A stretch of 63,763 nt of DNA from Oscillospiraceae bacterium (lineage in GTDB: Bacteria; Bacillota; Clostridia; Oscillospirales; Oscillospiraceae), in the NCBI GenBank assembly GCA_016297855.1, contig JAEDFW010000001.1:1-63763 (forward strand), read 5' to 3'. Positions 18,223 to 27,010 of this stretch are shown here, piece by piece. Each line of letters starts with the position of its first letter. The stretch's first letter is position 1. The notes under the pieces were generated by a model. The model searched no databases, was not told the DNA's origin, and was given only the letters and a program-made list of their open reading frames with translations. Position numbers and translations under genes: made by a program.

Positions 18223-18597
18223 TTACTTGACCTCGACCTCGGCGCCAGCTTCCTTCAGCTCGGCAGCGATCTTCTCGGCCTCGTCCTTGGAGACAGCTTC
18301 CTTCAGCGTCTTCGGGGCATTGTCGACGATCTCCTTGGCTTCCTTCAGGCCCAGACCCGTCAGAGCACGGACAACCTTGATGACACCGATCTTGTTGGCG
18401 CCAGCGGCCTTCAGAACGACATCAAACTCGGTCTTCTCTTCCTCAGCGGCAGCAGCAGCGCCGGCAGCAGGAGCAGCAACAGCAGCGGCAGCAGCGGAGA
18501 CACCGAAGGTATCCTCGAGCGCATGGACGAGCTCAGCCAGCTCAACAACGGTCAAACCCTTAACTTCTTCAATCAGAGCAGCGATCTTTTCAGACAT
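18223..18597 (-). CDS. rplL: 50S ribosomal protein L7/L12
   Basis: [30 protein letters not shown] and the Ala-rich hinge. Confidence 0.98.
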   Translation of the reverse strand: MSEKIAALIEEVKGLTVVELAELVHALEDTFGVSAAAAAVAAPAAGAAAAAEEEKTEFDVVLKAAGANKIGVIKVVRALTGLGLKEAKEIVDNAPKTLKEAVSKDEAEKIAAELKEAGAEVEVK

Positions 18598-18632
18598 TGT
18601 AATATCCTCCTAAATGTAAGTTTATTGTAAGA

Positions 18633-19157
18633 TTATTCTGCAGCAGCTTCTGCAGCGGGGCCTTCCTTCTGGATGCGGATCTGATCCAGAACGAATGCGA
18701 GAGAGGAAATGGGAGCCAGGAACGTGCCGAGAACCTGAGCCACGAGCGCGTCCTTGCTGGGCAGTTCACCGAAGCCCATGAGCTGTTCGACGCTCATGAC
18801 GGTGCCTTCCACGAAGCCGCCCTTGATCTTCACGATGTTCTTGTTCTTCTTGGCGAATTCGCACACAATACGAGCCGGAGCGATGGGGTCGCCGGAAGTA
18901 GAGGCCATAGAAGTCGTGCCATTGAGCAGCTCATCGAACTGATTGTAACCGGCCTTGTTGGCGGCAAATCTGGTCAGGGTGTTCTTGACAACGGTGTACT
19001 CTACGCCTGCTTCACGGAACTTGTTGCGAAGCTCGGTATCCTGTGCGACAGTGATGCCCTTGTAGTCGACGAAAACGGCAGAAGTGGAATTCTGCAGCTT
19101 TTCGGCCAGTGCATCAACGATCGCCTTTTTGCTTTCCAGTACCTTTGCGTTGGGCAT
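18633..19157 (-). CDS. rplJ: 50S ribosomal protein L10
   Basis: VDYKGITVAQDTELR, VVKNTL and LPSKDAL; start MPNAK after GGAGGTG RBS. Confidence 0.97.
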   Translation of the reverse strand: MPNAKVLESKKAIVDALAEKLQNSTSAVFVDYKGITVAQDTELRNKFREAGVEYTVVKNTLTRFAANKAGYNQFDELLNGTTSMASTSGDPIAPARIVCEFAKKNKNIVKIKGGFVEGTVMSVEQLMGFGELPSKDALVAQVLGTFLAPISSLAFVLDQIRIQKEGPAAEAAAE

Positions 19158-19174
19158 TTGTGTCACCTCCGATA

Positions 19175-19288
19175 AAATAAAGTGTCCTCATGCCGAAAGA
19201 CATGAGGACACATAATGAGTTACATTACGCGATACCTCGGCAGGATGAGAAACTCATTACGGCATGATGCCTCCTGCTGTCTTTGGCA
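19175..19288 (-). promoter_or_regulatory. L10 ribosomal leader (attenuator)
   Basis: AAGACAGCAGGAGGC...TAA...CCTGCCGAGG, then the terminator GTGTCCTCATG-TCTTTCGG-CATGAGGACAC-TTTTATTT; promoter TTGACA-N16-TATAAT at 19297-19324. Confidence 0.88.
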
Positions 19289-19331
19289 GCTTTGCTATTA
19301 TAGCAGAAAAACTGAAATTGTCAAGCGCTTT

Positions 19332-20021
19332 TTACAGCTTGGCGGTAGAAACCTTGACACCGGGGCCCATAGTGGAAGCCAAGGTGCAGCTGCGGATATA
19401 CTGGCCCTTGGCGGCAGCGGGCTTGGCCTTGATGACAGCGCCCATCAGAGCGTTGAAGTTCTCAGCCAGCTTCTCGGTACCGAAGGAAACCTTACCGATG
19501 GGGCAGTGGATGATGTTGGTCTTGTCAAGACGATACTCGATCTTACCGGCTTTGATCTCCTTGACGGCAGCAGCGACGTTGGGCGTCACGGTACCAGCCT
19601 TGGGAGAGGGCATGAGGCCCTTCGGGCCGAGTACCTTACCAAGACGGCCGACAATGCCCATCATGTCAGGCGAAGCGACGACAACGTCGAAATCGAACCA
19701 GTTTTCCTTGGTGATCTTCTCGACCAGTTCCATACCGCCGGCATAATCGGCGCCTGCGGCCAGCGCGTCGTCGAGCTTGGCATCCTTGGCGAATACCAGA
19801 ACCTTGCGGGTCTTACCGGTGCCGTTGGGCAGAACGATGGCGCCACGAACCTGCTGGTCAGCGTGACGGGAGTCGACGCCGAGTTTGACGTGGATCTCAA
19901 CGGTCTCGTCAAACTTGGCGGTAGCGGACTTCACAACCAGATCCAGCGCTTCGTTTACATCGTACTGCACGCTGCGGTCAATCAGCTTGGAGCTGTCTTT
20001 ATATTTTTTACCTCTGAACAA
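19332..20021 (-). CDS. rplA: 50S ribosomal protein L1
   Basis: [31 protein letters not shown] and STMGPG; TTG start after AAGGAGG RBS. Confidence 0.97.
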   Translation of the reverse strand: MFRGKKYKDSSKLIDRSVQYDVNEALDLVVKSATAKFDETVEIHVKLGVDSRHADQQVRGAIVLPNGTGKTRKVLVFAKDAKLDDALAAGADYAGGMELVEKITKENWFDFDVVVASPDMMGIVGRLGKVLGPKGLMPSPKAGTVTPNVAAAVKEIKAGKIEYRLDKTNIIHCPIGKVSFGTEKLAENFNALMGAVIKAKPAAAKGQYIRSCTLASTMGPGVKVSTAKL

Positions 20022-20037
20022 TGTAATATCCTCCTTA

Positions 20038-20064
20038 GTGGTGATTCGGAATAATCCTCCCACG
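20038..20064 (-). promoter_or_regulatory. Putative L1-binding site upstream of rplA
   Basis: GTGGGAGG-ATTATT-CCGAATCACCAC abutting the RBS; matches the L1 kink-turn-like mRNA target. Confidence 0.65.
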
Positions 20065-20115
20065 ATTTACGAGGCTCGGCCGTGTGCCGAGTGATCCTCG
20101 GTCAAGCAATTAGAA

Positions 20116-20541
20116 TTAGTCGGCGACAACAATACCCATGCTGCGGCAGGTACCGGCGACCTGGCTCATGGCAGCCTCGATGGTATTGGCAGTGAGATCG
20201 GGCATCTTCTTTTCCGCGATTTCTCTGATCTGCGCCTTAGTGATGGTAGCGACCTTGTCCTTGTTGGGAACGCCGGAACCCTTTTCAATGCCCAGAGCCT
20301 TCAGAATGAGGGTGGGGGTAGGGGGCGTTTTGGTGACGAAGGTGAAGCTGCGGTCGGCATAGACCGTGATGATGACCGGGATCTTGAAACCGGCCTGATC
20401 CTTGGTGCGCTCGTTGAATTCCTTGATGAACTGGGAAATGTTAACGCCGTGCTGGCCGAGAGCCGGACCAACGGGGGGCGAAGCGGTTGCCTTCGCGGCC
20501 GGGATCTGCAGCTTGATATAACCTGTTACTTTCTGTGCCAT
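20116..20541 (-). CDS. rplK: 50S ribosomal protein L11
   Basis: [26 protein letters not shown] and [19 protein letters not shown]. Confidence 0.98.
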   Translation of the reverse strand: MAQKVTGYIKLQIPAAKATASPPVGPALGQHGVNISQFIKEFNERTKDQAGFKIPVIITVYADRSFTFVTKTPPTPTLILKALGIEKGSGVPNKDKVATITKAQIREIAEKKMPDLTANTIEAAMSQVAGTCRSMGIVVAD

Positions 20542-20562
20542 GATAAGCACCTCCTGAATAGA

Positions 20563-20612
20563 TGTGGTGATACGCAATGCGTATGTCTGGCGGGGCGATG
20601 CCCCTCCCACGT
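20563..20612 (-). promoter_or_regulatory. Putative L1-binding site upstream of rplK
   Basis: GTGGGAGGGGC...GCCCC...ATCACCAC, the same core as the site before rplA. Confidence 0.6.
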
Positions 20613-20634
20613 TCTGACCAACTTGCGGTCAAAA

Positions 20635-21159
20635 TTACTGGTTGACCAGTTCAACCTGATCGAGCTCGAGCTCGACGGGCGTTTCGCGTCCGAACATGGA
20701 AACAATGACGCGAACCTTGTTCTTTTCAATGTCCACCATGTCGACCACACCGATAAAGCTTGTCAGCGGGCCGTCGGCGATCCTGACGCTGTCGCCTTCG
20801 GAATAGGCGACGACAATCTCGTGTTTCTCGACACCCAGCTGCAGCACCTCGTCTTCGGTGAGCGGCGTGGGCTTGCTGCCCGAGCCGACAAAACCTGTCA
20901 CGCCGCGGATGTTCTTAATGATGTACCACGCCTCATCGGACATGATCATTTTCACAAGCACATAGCCGGGGAAAACCTTGCGGTCATACGTTTTCGGGCC
21001 GTTGTCGGTGATCTCGGTCACAGTTTCCATGGGGATGGAGACTACGTGGATGAGATCTTCAAGATGACGCGTTTCGATCGTCTTTTCAATGGTGGCCTTG
21101 ACGGTATTCTCATAGCCGGAATAGGTATGCACGACATACCATTTTGCTGCTTCCGCCAT
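20635..21159 (-). CDS. nusG: Transcription termination/antitermination factor NusG
   Basis: WYVVHTYSGYE, FPGYVLV, GVTGFVG and MFGRETPVEL. Confidence 0.98.
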   Translation of the reverse strand: MAEAAKWYVVHTYSGYENTVKATIEKTIETRHLEDLIHVVSIPMETVTEITDNGPKTYDRKVFPGYVLVKMIMSDEAWYIIKNIRGVTGFVGSGSKPTPLTEDEVLQLGVEKHEIVVAYSEGDSVRIADGPLTSFIGVVDMVDIEKNKVRVIVSMFGRETPVELELDQVELVNQ

Positions 21160-21168
21160 GATCCTACC

Positions 21169-21402
21169 TTAACCTTTGATGAGGGTAATGATACCGTTAA
21201 CCACGACACCGCCGACAGCATCAAATACCCAGATGAAAATACCAACGATCAGAACACTCACCAGAACGATGACGGTGTTGTTGATCATCTGGCTCTTCGT
21301 CGGCCAAACAACTTTTTTCAGCTCGCTCTTCATTTCACGGAACCAGCGGCTGATCCGCTTGCCGGCACGGACGAAAATGTTTTCCTTTTTCGCTTCTGCC
21401 AT
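21169..21402 (-). CDS. secE: Preprotein translocase subunit SecE
   Basis: ELKKVVWPT followed by one TM helix; lies between rpmG and nusG. Confidence 0.95.
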   Translation of the reverse strand: MAEAKKENIFVRAGKRISRWFREMKSELKKVVWPTKSQMINNTVIVLVSVLIVGIFIWVFDAVGGVVVNGIITLIKG

Positions 21403-21438
21403 GTTGTTCACCCTTTCTGCAACGCGCACGGCATTGCC

Positions 21439-21588
21439 TTACTTCGTCTCGTTATGAACCGTGTGCTTCTTGCAGAATCTGCAATACTTCTTCATCTCAA
21501 GACGGTCAGGGTCATTCTTCTTGTTCTTCATGGTGTTGTAGTTTCTCTGCTTGCACTCGCTGCATCTGAGTGTGATTTTCACGCGCAT
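21439..21588 (-). CDS. rpmG: 50S ribosomal protein L33 (Zn-binding C+ type)
   Basis: Not in the ORF track (49 aa): [61 protein letters not shown]. Confidence 0.97.
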   Translation of the reverse strand: MRVKITLRCSECKQRNYNTMKNKKNDPDRLEMKKYCRFCKKHTVHNETK

Positions 21589-21853
21589 GATCGGCACCTC
21601 CTTAACTAATTGCCTCCCTGTATCCCTGCGGCTATACAGAAATTTAGCTTTGCGCCGAAACTACAATGGCGCAATCCGCAGTTTGAAAATGGGCGCAAAA
21701 AAAGAGCCCTTTTCACAGGTGATGATATCCTATCATAAAAGGGCCGCGCGGTCAACTGTTTTTTATAAAAAAGATAGAAAAATGAACGGAAACTTGCCTG
21801 CCGGACGCGGAAATGCTATAATACTGAAAAATCCGAAACAAAGAGGTAACAAG

Positions 21854-22276
21854 ATGAAGGTCATGGCGATAGATTACGGCGACGCACGCACAGGTGTGGC
21901 TGTTTCCGATGCGCTTGGAATGCTGACGGGTTCGACGGAGGTCGTCTTTTCGCGCGATCCGGAGAAAACGGCGCAGATAATCGCAGAGCTTGTGCAAAAG
22001 CAGCGGCCGGAGCGGCTGGTGATGGGTTTTCCGCGCAACATGGACGGCACGGAAGGGCCGCGTGCCGAGCGTTACCGGGCGTTTGCCGCGCAGCTGGAGC
22101 AAACGTGTGGCATGCCGGTTATCTTATGGGACGAGCGGCGCACGACCATCGAGGCGCACCAGATTTTGTCCCAACAGAACTATCACGGAAAAAAGCGCAA
22201 GAATACGGTCGACGCCGTGGCGGCGTCGCTGATCCTCGAGGGATATCTTTCCTATCTGCGCTTAAACAGGGAGTAA
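21854..22276 (+). CDS. ruvX: YqgF/RuvX family nuclease (pre-16S rRNA maturation)
   Basis: MAIDYGDARTGVAVSD, GFPRNMDG, WDERRTT and VDAVAASLILEGYL. Confidence 0.95.
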   Translation: MKVMAIDYGDARTGVAVSDALGMLTGSTEVVFSRDPEKTAQIIAELVQKQRPERLVMGFPRNMDGTEGPRAERYRAFAAQLEQTCGMPVILWDERRTTIEAHQILSQQNYHGKKRKNTVDAVAASLILEGYLSYLRLNRE

Positions 22277-22281
22277 CGAGA

Positions 22282-22944
22282 ATGTTTACAGGCTACAGCG
22301 ACAAAACGGTCGATTTTTTCTGGCAGATCCGGTTCAACAACAGCCGTGAGTGGTTTGCCCCGCGCAAGCAGGAATTTGCCGACGTCATCATGAATCCCAC
22401 CAAGGAGCTGGCAAACGAGCTGTACGACTGGTTCACCGAGCAGTATCCGAAGCTGGGACTGAATATGCATATCTCGCGCATCTACCGCGACGCGCGCAGG
22501 CTGTTTGGAAAAGGACCGCTCAAGGATCACATCTGGTTTTCATTCCAGAACGAGATCGGGCCGCGCGAGCTATCGCCGTGCTTCTGGTTTGAACTGGGGT
22601 GCGGCGGCTATGGCTACGGTATGGGCAACTGGGCAACGCCCGCAGTCGCCGCGCGGTACCGCAAAATGATAGATCTTGCACCGGAAGCATTCGACGATCT
22701 GGCGCGGCGGTTTGAGCAGCAGGATGTGTTTCAGCTCGAGGGCGAAAGCTACGCCCGGGCAAAAGGGCACGCGGACGAGCGTATTGGCGCATGGTACAAT
22801 AAGAAGTATATCAGCCTGTCGTGTGAGCGCAAATATGATGATCTGTGCTACTCGCACGATTTGGTGGGTGTGATTGAAGAGGGCTTCGCCTTTTTGATGC
22901 CGTATTACGAATTTTTTGACAAGGCCTACCGCATGGCAGACTAG
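22282..22944 (+). CDS. DUF2461 family protein
   Basis: FNNSREWF and SRIYRDARR motifs. Confidence 0.8.
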   Translation: MFTGYSDKTVDFFWQIRFNNSREWFAPRKQEFADVIMNPTKELANELYDWFTEQYPKLGLNMHISRIYRDARRLFGKGPLKDHIWFSFQNEIGPRELSPCFWFELGCGGYGYGMGNWATPAVAARYRKMIDLAPEAFDDLARRFEQQDVFQLEGESYARAKGHADERIGAWYNKKYISLSCERKYDDLCYSHDLVGVIEEGFAFLMPYYEFFDKAYRMAD

Positions 22945-23318
22945 GTCTTTCCCGTTCTTTTGCCCTTCCAGAAGATTTCGCTCAGCCCCACCAGCACAAG
23001 AAAGCCGCCAAAAAGCTTGCGAAGAAGTTCAGTGTCAACATGCGCAGCCAGCAGTGCGCCGAGGACGGCTGTGGCGCAGCCAGCAATGGCGGCAGGAACA
23101 ATGGCCCGCCAGACGAGTACGCGGTTTTTCGCATGCAGAATCAGCGCCGCTGCAGCTGTGGGCAGAAAGTAGAGAAGGTTCACGCCCTGTGCGATCTTCT
23201 GCTCCATAGACATGAGTGCGGTCATCCATACCATCAGAAGCGTTCCGCCGCCGATACCGAAGCCCGATAACACGCCGCAAACAAGGCCCGCGGCGATGGC
23301 AATGAGAAATTTCAGCAT
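22941..23318 (-). CDS. TauE/SafE (TSUP) family transporter, half-size subunit 2
   Basis: GVLSGFGIGGGTLL, AQGVNLLYFLP and LRKLFGGFL; four hydrophobic segments. Confidence 0.85.
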   Translation of the reverse strand: MLKFLIAIAAGLVCGVLSGFGIGGGTLLMVWMTALMSMEQKIAQGVNLLYFLPTAAAALILHAKNRVLVWRAIVPAAIAGCATAVLGALLAAHVDTELLRKLFGGFLVLVGLSEIFWKGKRTGKT

Positions 23319-23680
23319 AGCAGCAGCCTCGCGCCGCCGAAGACGATCAGAACGCCCAGCGCGATATGCAGAAAGCGCGCGCTGACTTTTTTGAAGAGCA
23401 GACCGCCGAGCAAGCCGCCTGCCGCGCCGCCGATGAGATACGGCAGCGCCTCGCGCAGCGGCAGCATGCCGCGCGCCGCGTAGACCGCAATGGACACCAG
23501 GCATAGCGGCAGAATGACGCCAATGGCGGATGAAAACGCTGTTTTGTCGGGCAGTTTCGCTGCCCGGATGAGCAGCGGCACAAGAACCATCCCGCCGCCC
23601 GCGCCAAAGAAGCCATTGATAAACCCCGCTGCTGCGCCTGCCAGAAGGCACGGCAGGACAGGTATTTTTGTGTCTTGCAT
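23312..23680 (-). CDS. TauE/SafE (TSUP) family transporter, half-size subunit 1
   Basis: GAAAGFINGFFGAGGGMVLVPLL; its stop overlaps the next start; GGAGGG RBS. Confidence 0.85.
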   Translation of the reverse strand: MQDTKIPVLPCLLAGAAAGFINGFFGAGGGMVLVPLLIRAAKLPDKTAFSSAIGVILPLCLVSIAVYAARGMLPLREALPYLIGGAAGGLLGGLLFKKVSARFLHIALGVLIVFGGARLLLC

Positions 23681-23722
23681 ACAGATCCCTCCGCACACCT
23701 AGTTTGGCGGCGGAGGGATATT

Positions 23723-24436
23723 TTATGCGTGTTCGCCCTGAATGAGCTGGCGGACGATATAGCCGGCGATCATCATTCCGGCGCATGGCGGCACCCATGA
23801 AACAGAGCCCGGGACGCTGCGCTTACCGTCCGGCAGATTTGCAGCAGGCGCCGGCTTTATGGGAAGCTCGGTGCTGGTGAGCACCGTGTGATGATGAATG
23901 CCCCTGTCGCGCAGCGTTTTGCGCATGACACGCGCAAGTGGGCATCCGGACGTTTTGGAAATGTCCGTGATGCAGAATTTTGTGGGATCGAGTCGGTTGC
24001 CCGTGCCCATGGAGCTGATGATGGGAACGCCGCGCCCGAGTGCCGTTACAATGAGACTGGTTTTGCAGGCAACGGTATCGATGGCGTCGGCAATATAGTC
24101 AAAGCCCATGCGAAAGAACTGCTCTTTGTTCGCTTCTTCATAGAGGACCGGCAGGGCATGCACGGTGCATGCAGGGTTAATGTCACGGATGCGCTCAGCC
24201 ATGACGTCGGTTTTGTACCGGCCGACAGTCGAGTGCAGCGCGACAAGCTGACGGTTGATGTTGGATTCGCTTACCACGTCGTTGTCCACAAGGGTCAGTT
24301 CGCCGACGCCTGCGCGCGCAAGCGCTTCGGCAATAAAGCTGCCTACGCCGCCGATACCGAACACGGCAACATGCGCGCGTGTAAGACGTGCAAGCGCGTC
24401 GTCGCCCAAAAGCATGATCTCACGTTCAAATTGCAT
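23723..24436 (-). CDS. tcdA: tRNA threonylcarbamoyladenosine dehydratase (ThiF/E1-like)
   Basis: GIGGVGS, SNINRQ, DAIDT, SSMGTGNRLDP and CPLARVMRK; start uncertain (24436, 24442 or 24451). Confidence 0.92.
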   Translation of the reverse strand: MQFEREIMLLGDDALARLTRAHVAVFGIGGVGSFIAEALARAGVGELTLVDNDVVSESNINRQLVALHSTVGRYKTDVMAERIRDINPACTVHALPVLYEEANKEQFFRMGFDYIADAIDTVACKTSLIVTALGRGVPIISSMGTGNRLDPTKFCITDISKTSGCPLARVMRKTLRDRGIHHHTVLTSTELPIKPAPAANLPDGKRSVPGSVSWVPPCAGMMIAGYIVRQLIQGEHA

Positions 24437-24494
24437 TCTCATCAGCTCCATAAAGCAAAAGCTGCCGGATGGCAGCTTTTGCGGGGTTCCAATG

Positions 24495-25991
24495 TTACTT
24501 GGTGGTAAAGTGCATGCCGAGGCTGTTTGTCGTGTATGCAGCATCCGCTGTAACGGCATCGTTCCATGCGGTATAGTCGGCTTCGCGCAGTGCGGATTCT
24601 ACCAGATAGTCACGCAGATTATCGCCGCGGCCGCAGAAGTACATGACGTGATAGCCGTAGTTCGTCTGGATGATGCCGGTGTCGCCGACCTGACGCGCCG
24701 GATCATAGCACCAGTCGTTAAACGCGTCGACCATCTGACCCGGATAGATGTTCTCGTACAGACCGCCTGCTTCGGCGTTGTCAGCAGAGTTTTCCTGCGC
24801 CAGGGCTGCAAATGCGTCCTCGGTCTGCTCACCGGCTTCAAACTGTGTCAGGATATCCTCAGCCTTGGCCTGCGCTTCGGCCATAGCCTCTTCATCGGTG
24901 GTGTCGCTGACGGAGATCAGAATGTGACGGACATTGGGCATGCCATAGTCGTTGTTGTCGCGGGAGATGAAGTAGGCTACATAGTAACCGGACGAATTTT
25001 CTACATAGGTGGTATCGCCTTCCTGACGGGCGGTATCGTACAGCCAGTCGGCAAGGCTTTCCGGGCAGGAAGCGTAGCCGTTGCCCGTGCGAAGCGTATA
25101 GCTTTCGTCCTGATACGATTCCTTGGCAGATTCAGAGGCATTTTTGAGCGCAGAAGCAATGAATGCGGCCTCGTTGTTCTGTGCGGCCGCAGCCATTTCA
25201 CTGGCCATCTGCTCCTGCTGCTGCTTCAGGGCATCTTCATCGTCGGTTTCCTCGAACATGGAGGAAGTGATGGTGAACAGGCGGTAGTTCACTGTGTCAT
25301 ACTGGGAAGGGTCTGCTTCATACTCGGCCTTGAGATCGTCGGCAGAATAGGTGAAACTGTCGTTCACATGCTGGGCATAATTGCCGGCCAGCGTGTTGAC
25401 CTCCAGATAATCACGGTAGTTCTTTGTGTTGCAGCCCGTGCCGTACTGTGCGGCCAGGAATGCGTCAGCCGAACCATAGCCGTAGGCAGTGGCATAGTAG
25501 TCATACATCGAGACTGTGGAATCAATGTTGGCCTCGTCCTCGTCGGTGAGCGTAAAGCCGTTGGCCAGTGCCTCGTCATAAACGGCGTAGGTAGAGCTTG
25601 CACTCGTCAGCGCCTGCTCCGTCAGGACGTCTGCCCATGTGGTGCCGGCTTCTTCATCATAATACTGCTCGTCCAGCGGGGTCTCGGAATCGATCATGTA
25701 GCTGAGGAAATCGCCCATCTGGTTGGACAGGGTCTGATATGCAGTCTGATAGTAATAGTTCAAAGTTGCCGGTGTGATGCTGTGGCCGTTGACAACGGCA
25801 GCGGTGGTATGCTGCTCAAAGAAGCCGGTGGTCAGCATGGTGAAGAACACGACAACTGCGATTACAAGTACCGCGCACACAATGCCAAGCGCCGTTTTCA
25901 GGCTCTTGCTCATACCTTTCTTCTGTTTGGCAGCGGGTACGGGGTTGGCCGCCTCCGCCTTGCGCTTGCTCTTTTCGCGGGATGCGCTCAT
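24495..25991 (-). CDS. Membrane-anchored parvulin-type peptidyl-prolyl isomerase (PrsA/SurA-like)
   Basis: Basic N-terminus + TM; NVRHILI, ENSAD..GG, MVDAFNDWC and TNYGYHVMY rotamase motifs. Confidence 0.88.
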   Translation of the reverse strand: MSASREKSKRKAEAANPVPAAKQKKGMSKSLKTALGIVCAVLVIAVVVFFTMLTTGFFEQHTTAAVVNGHSITPATLNYYYQTAYQTLSNQMGDFLSYMIDSETPLDEQYYDEEAGTTWADVLTEQALTSASSTYAVYDEALANGFTLTDEDEANIDSTVSMYDYYATAYGYGSADAFLAAQYGTGCNTKNYRDYLEVNTLAGNYAQHVNDSFTYSADDLKAEYEADPSQYDTVNYRLFTITSSMFEETDDEDALKQQQEQMASEMAAAAQNNEAAFIASALKNASESAKESYQDESYTLRTGNGYASCPESLADWLYDTARQEGDTTYVENSSGYYVAYFISRDNNDYGMPNVRHILISVSDTTDEEAMAEAQAKAEDILTQFEAGEQTEDAFAALAQENSADNAEAGGLYENIYPGQMVDAFNDWCYDPARQVGDTGIIQTNYGYHVMYFCGRGDNLRDYLVESALREADYTAWNDAVTADAAYTTNSLGMHFTTK

Positions 25992-26157
25992 TTCAGGATC
26001 AGTCCTCTCATAGTGCTTGTTTTCGCAAAAAGCGATTCATAGCGTATTATAACGAAAAACCACTGTAGTTGCAAGTGCGTTTTTCCGTTTCTGAAAAAAG
26101 TTCATAAATAACCTCTTTTGCGGCATAGAAGGTTCAAGTACACGCAGAAAAAACAAA

Positions 26158-26186
26158 TAGCGCAAACCCAAAACGGGCTTGCGCTA
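26158..26186 (-). terminator. Terminator after 6S RNA
   Basis: TAGCGCAAGCCC-GTTTT-GGGTTTGCGCTA followed by TTTGTTTTTT on the minus strand. Confidence 0.75.
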
Positions 26187-26187
26187 T

Positions 26188-26383
26188 GACCCCGCGAAGG
26201 CCGTGCGAATCCAATTATAACCTGCACGCAAGGGCAGGTGGGTTGCCTCTCCACAGCTTCACTGCTTCCAACATCCACACCATGTCAGAGCATGGGTGGG
26301 AGGCCTGCAATCGGCTGCAGAAGTACAGCATCCCTTCGTTATAATGTGGGTTTAAGTGGACCCGTCACGCACCCCGCAGGAAA
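26188..26383 (-). ncRNA. ssrS: 6S RNA
   Basis: Minus strand CCTGCGGGGTGCGT...ACATTATAACGAAGGGA...GGCAACCCACCTGC-CCTTGCGT-GCAGGTT...GCACGGC-CTTCGCGGG; ends base-pair; CCCACCTGC and GCACGGC are Firmicute 6S hallmarks. Confidence 0.85.
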
Positions 26384-26394
26384 TCCTGATCCGG

Positions 26395-26682
26395 TTATGA
26401 ATCGAGCGTCTCTTCGTCCTGATAGATGAGATCCATCAACGCCTGATAAACGGCCTCCAGCTCGTCGTCATCGTCGATGGTAACAAGCAGCGGCTCACCG
26501 TTTTCCTCAACGGACTTCAGAATACTGACTTCGAGCTCTTCCTCATCGTCATCTTCGCCGGCGGGTACAAGAGCAAGATAACGGTTACCCTCATATTCCA
26601 GCTCCGCCAGAACCTCAAGCTCATATTCCTTGCCGTCCTCATCCGTGATGGAGATAAAATCTGATCCGTATTCTTCGCTCAT
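26395..26682 (-). CDS. DUF1292 domain protein
   Basis: MSEEYGSDFISITDEDGKEYELEVL...YLALVP...TIDDDDELEAV; GGAGG RBS. Confidence 0.88.
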   Translation of the reverse strand: MSEEYGSDFISITDEDGKEYELEVLAELEYEGNRYLALVPAGEDDDEEELEVSILKSVEENGEPLLVTIDDDDELEAVYQALMDLIYQDEETLDS

Positions 26683-26767
26683 AGCCAGCCTCCGTTCTGC
26701 CTGTGTTCTTGCTTCTATTCTAATCGCAGTCGGATGCAAAATCAAGAGGAAAATGCGCGCAGCGGGC

Positions 26768-27010
26768 TCAGGAACAAAAATCCTCCAGCGCGCGCGTGAG
26801 TGCGGCATGTGAATCAAACGCAAGACCGCCGGACAAAAGTGCCCGGTCCTGCGGCAAAAGAGCCCCGGCAGAGGTGTCCGTTTCGTGCCAGCAGGACTGC
26901 CGCGCGTCATACCAGCATACGCGCCCGCGGCGCAGCTGCAGAAAATACAGCGAACTGCACAGCTGCAAACAGCACAATATGAGTATCGTCTTTTCAAAAT
27001 GCGCCCGCAT
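26768..27010 (-). CDS. Small secreted or membrane protein with BofC C-terminal-like motif
   Basis: Hydrophobic N-terminus; C-terminal LLPQDRALLSGGLAFDSHAALTRALEDFCS matches the remembered 'LP..D...L..GI......EL...LEDY.S' pattern; GGGAG RBS. Confidence 0.6.
   Translation of the reverse strand: MRAHFEKTILILCCLQLCSSLYFLQLRRGRVCWYDARQSCWHETDTSAGALLPQDRALLSGGLAFDSHAALTRALEDFCS

Noticed and set aside
23319..23798. 285-aa ORF 22941-23798 as a single full-length TauE
   Set aside because: Its first ~160 codons are not transporter-like; the first TauE half is in another frame with its own RBS and an overlapping stop/start.
24255..26042. 595-aa plus-strand ORF
   Set aside because: Antisense shadow of the PrsA-like gene; no RBS or motifs; typical of GC-rich codon bias.
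26238..26429. 63-aa plus-strand ORF
   Set aside because: Antisense to the 6S RNA, with no RBS or recognisable protein features.
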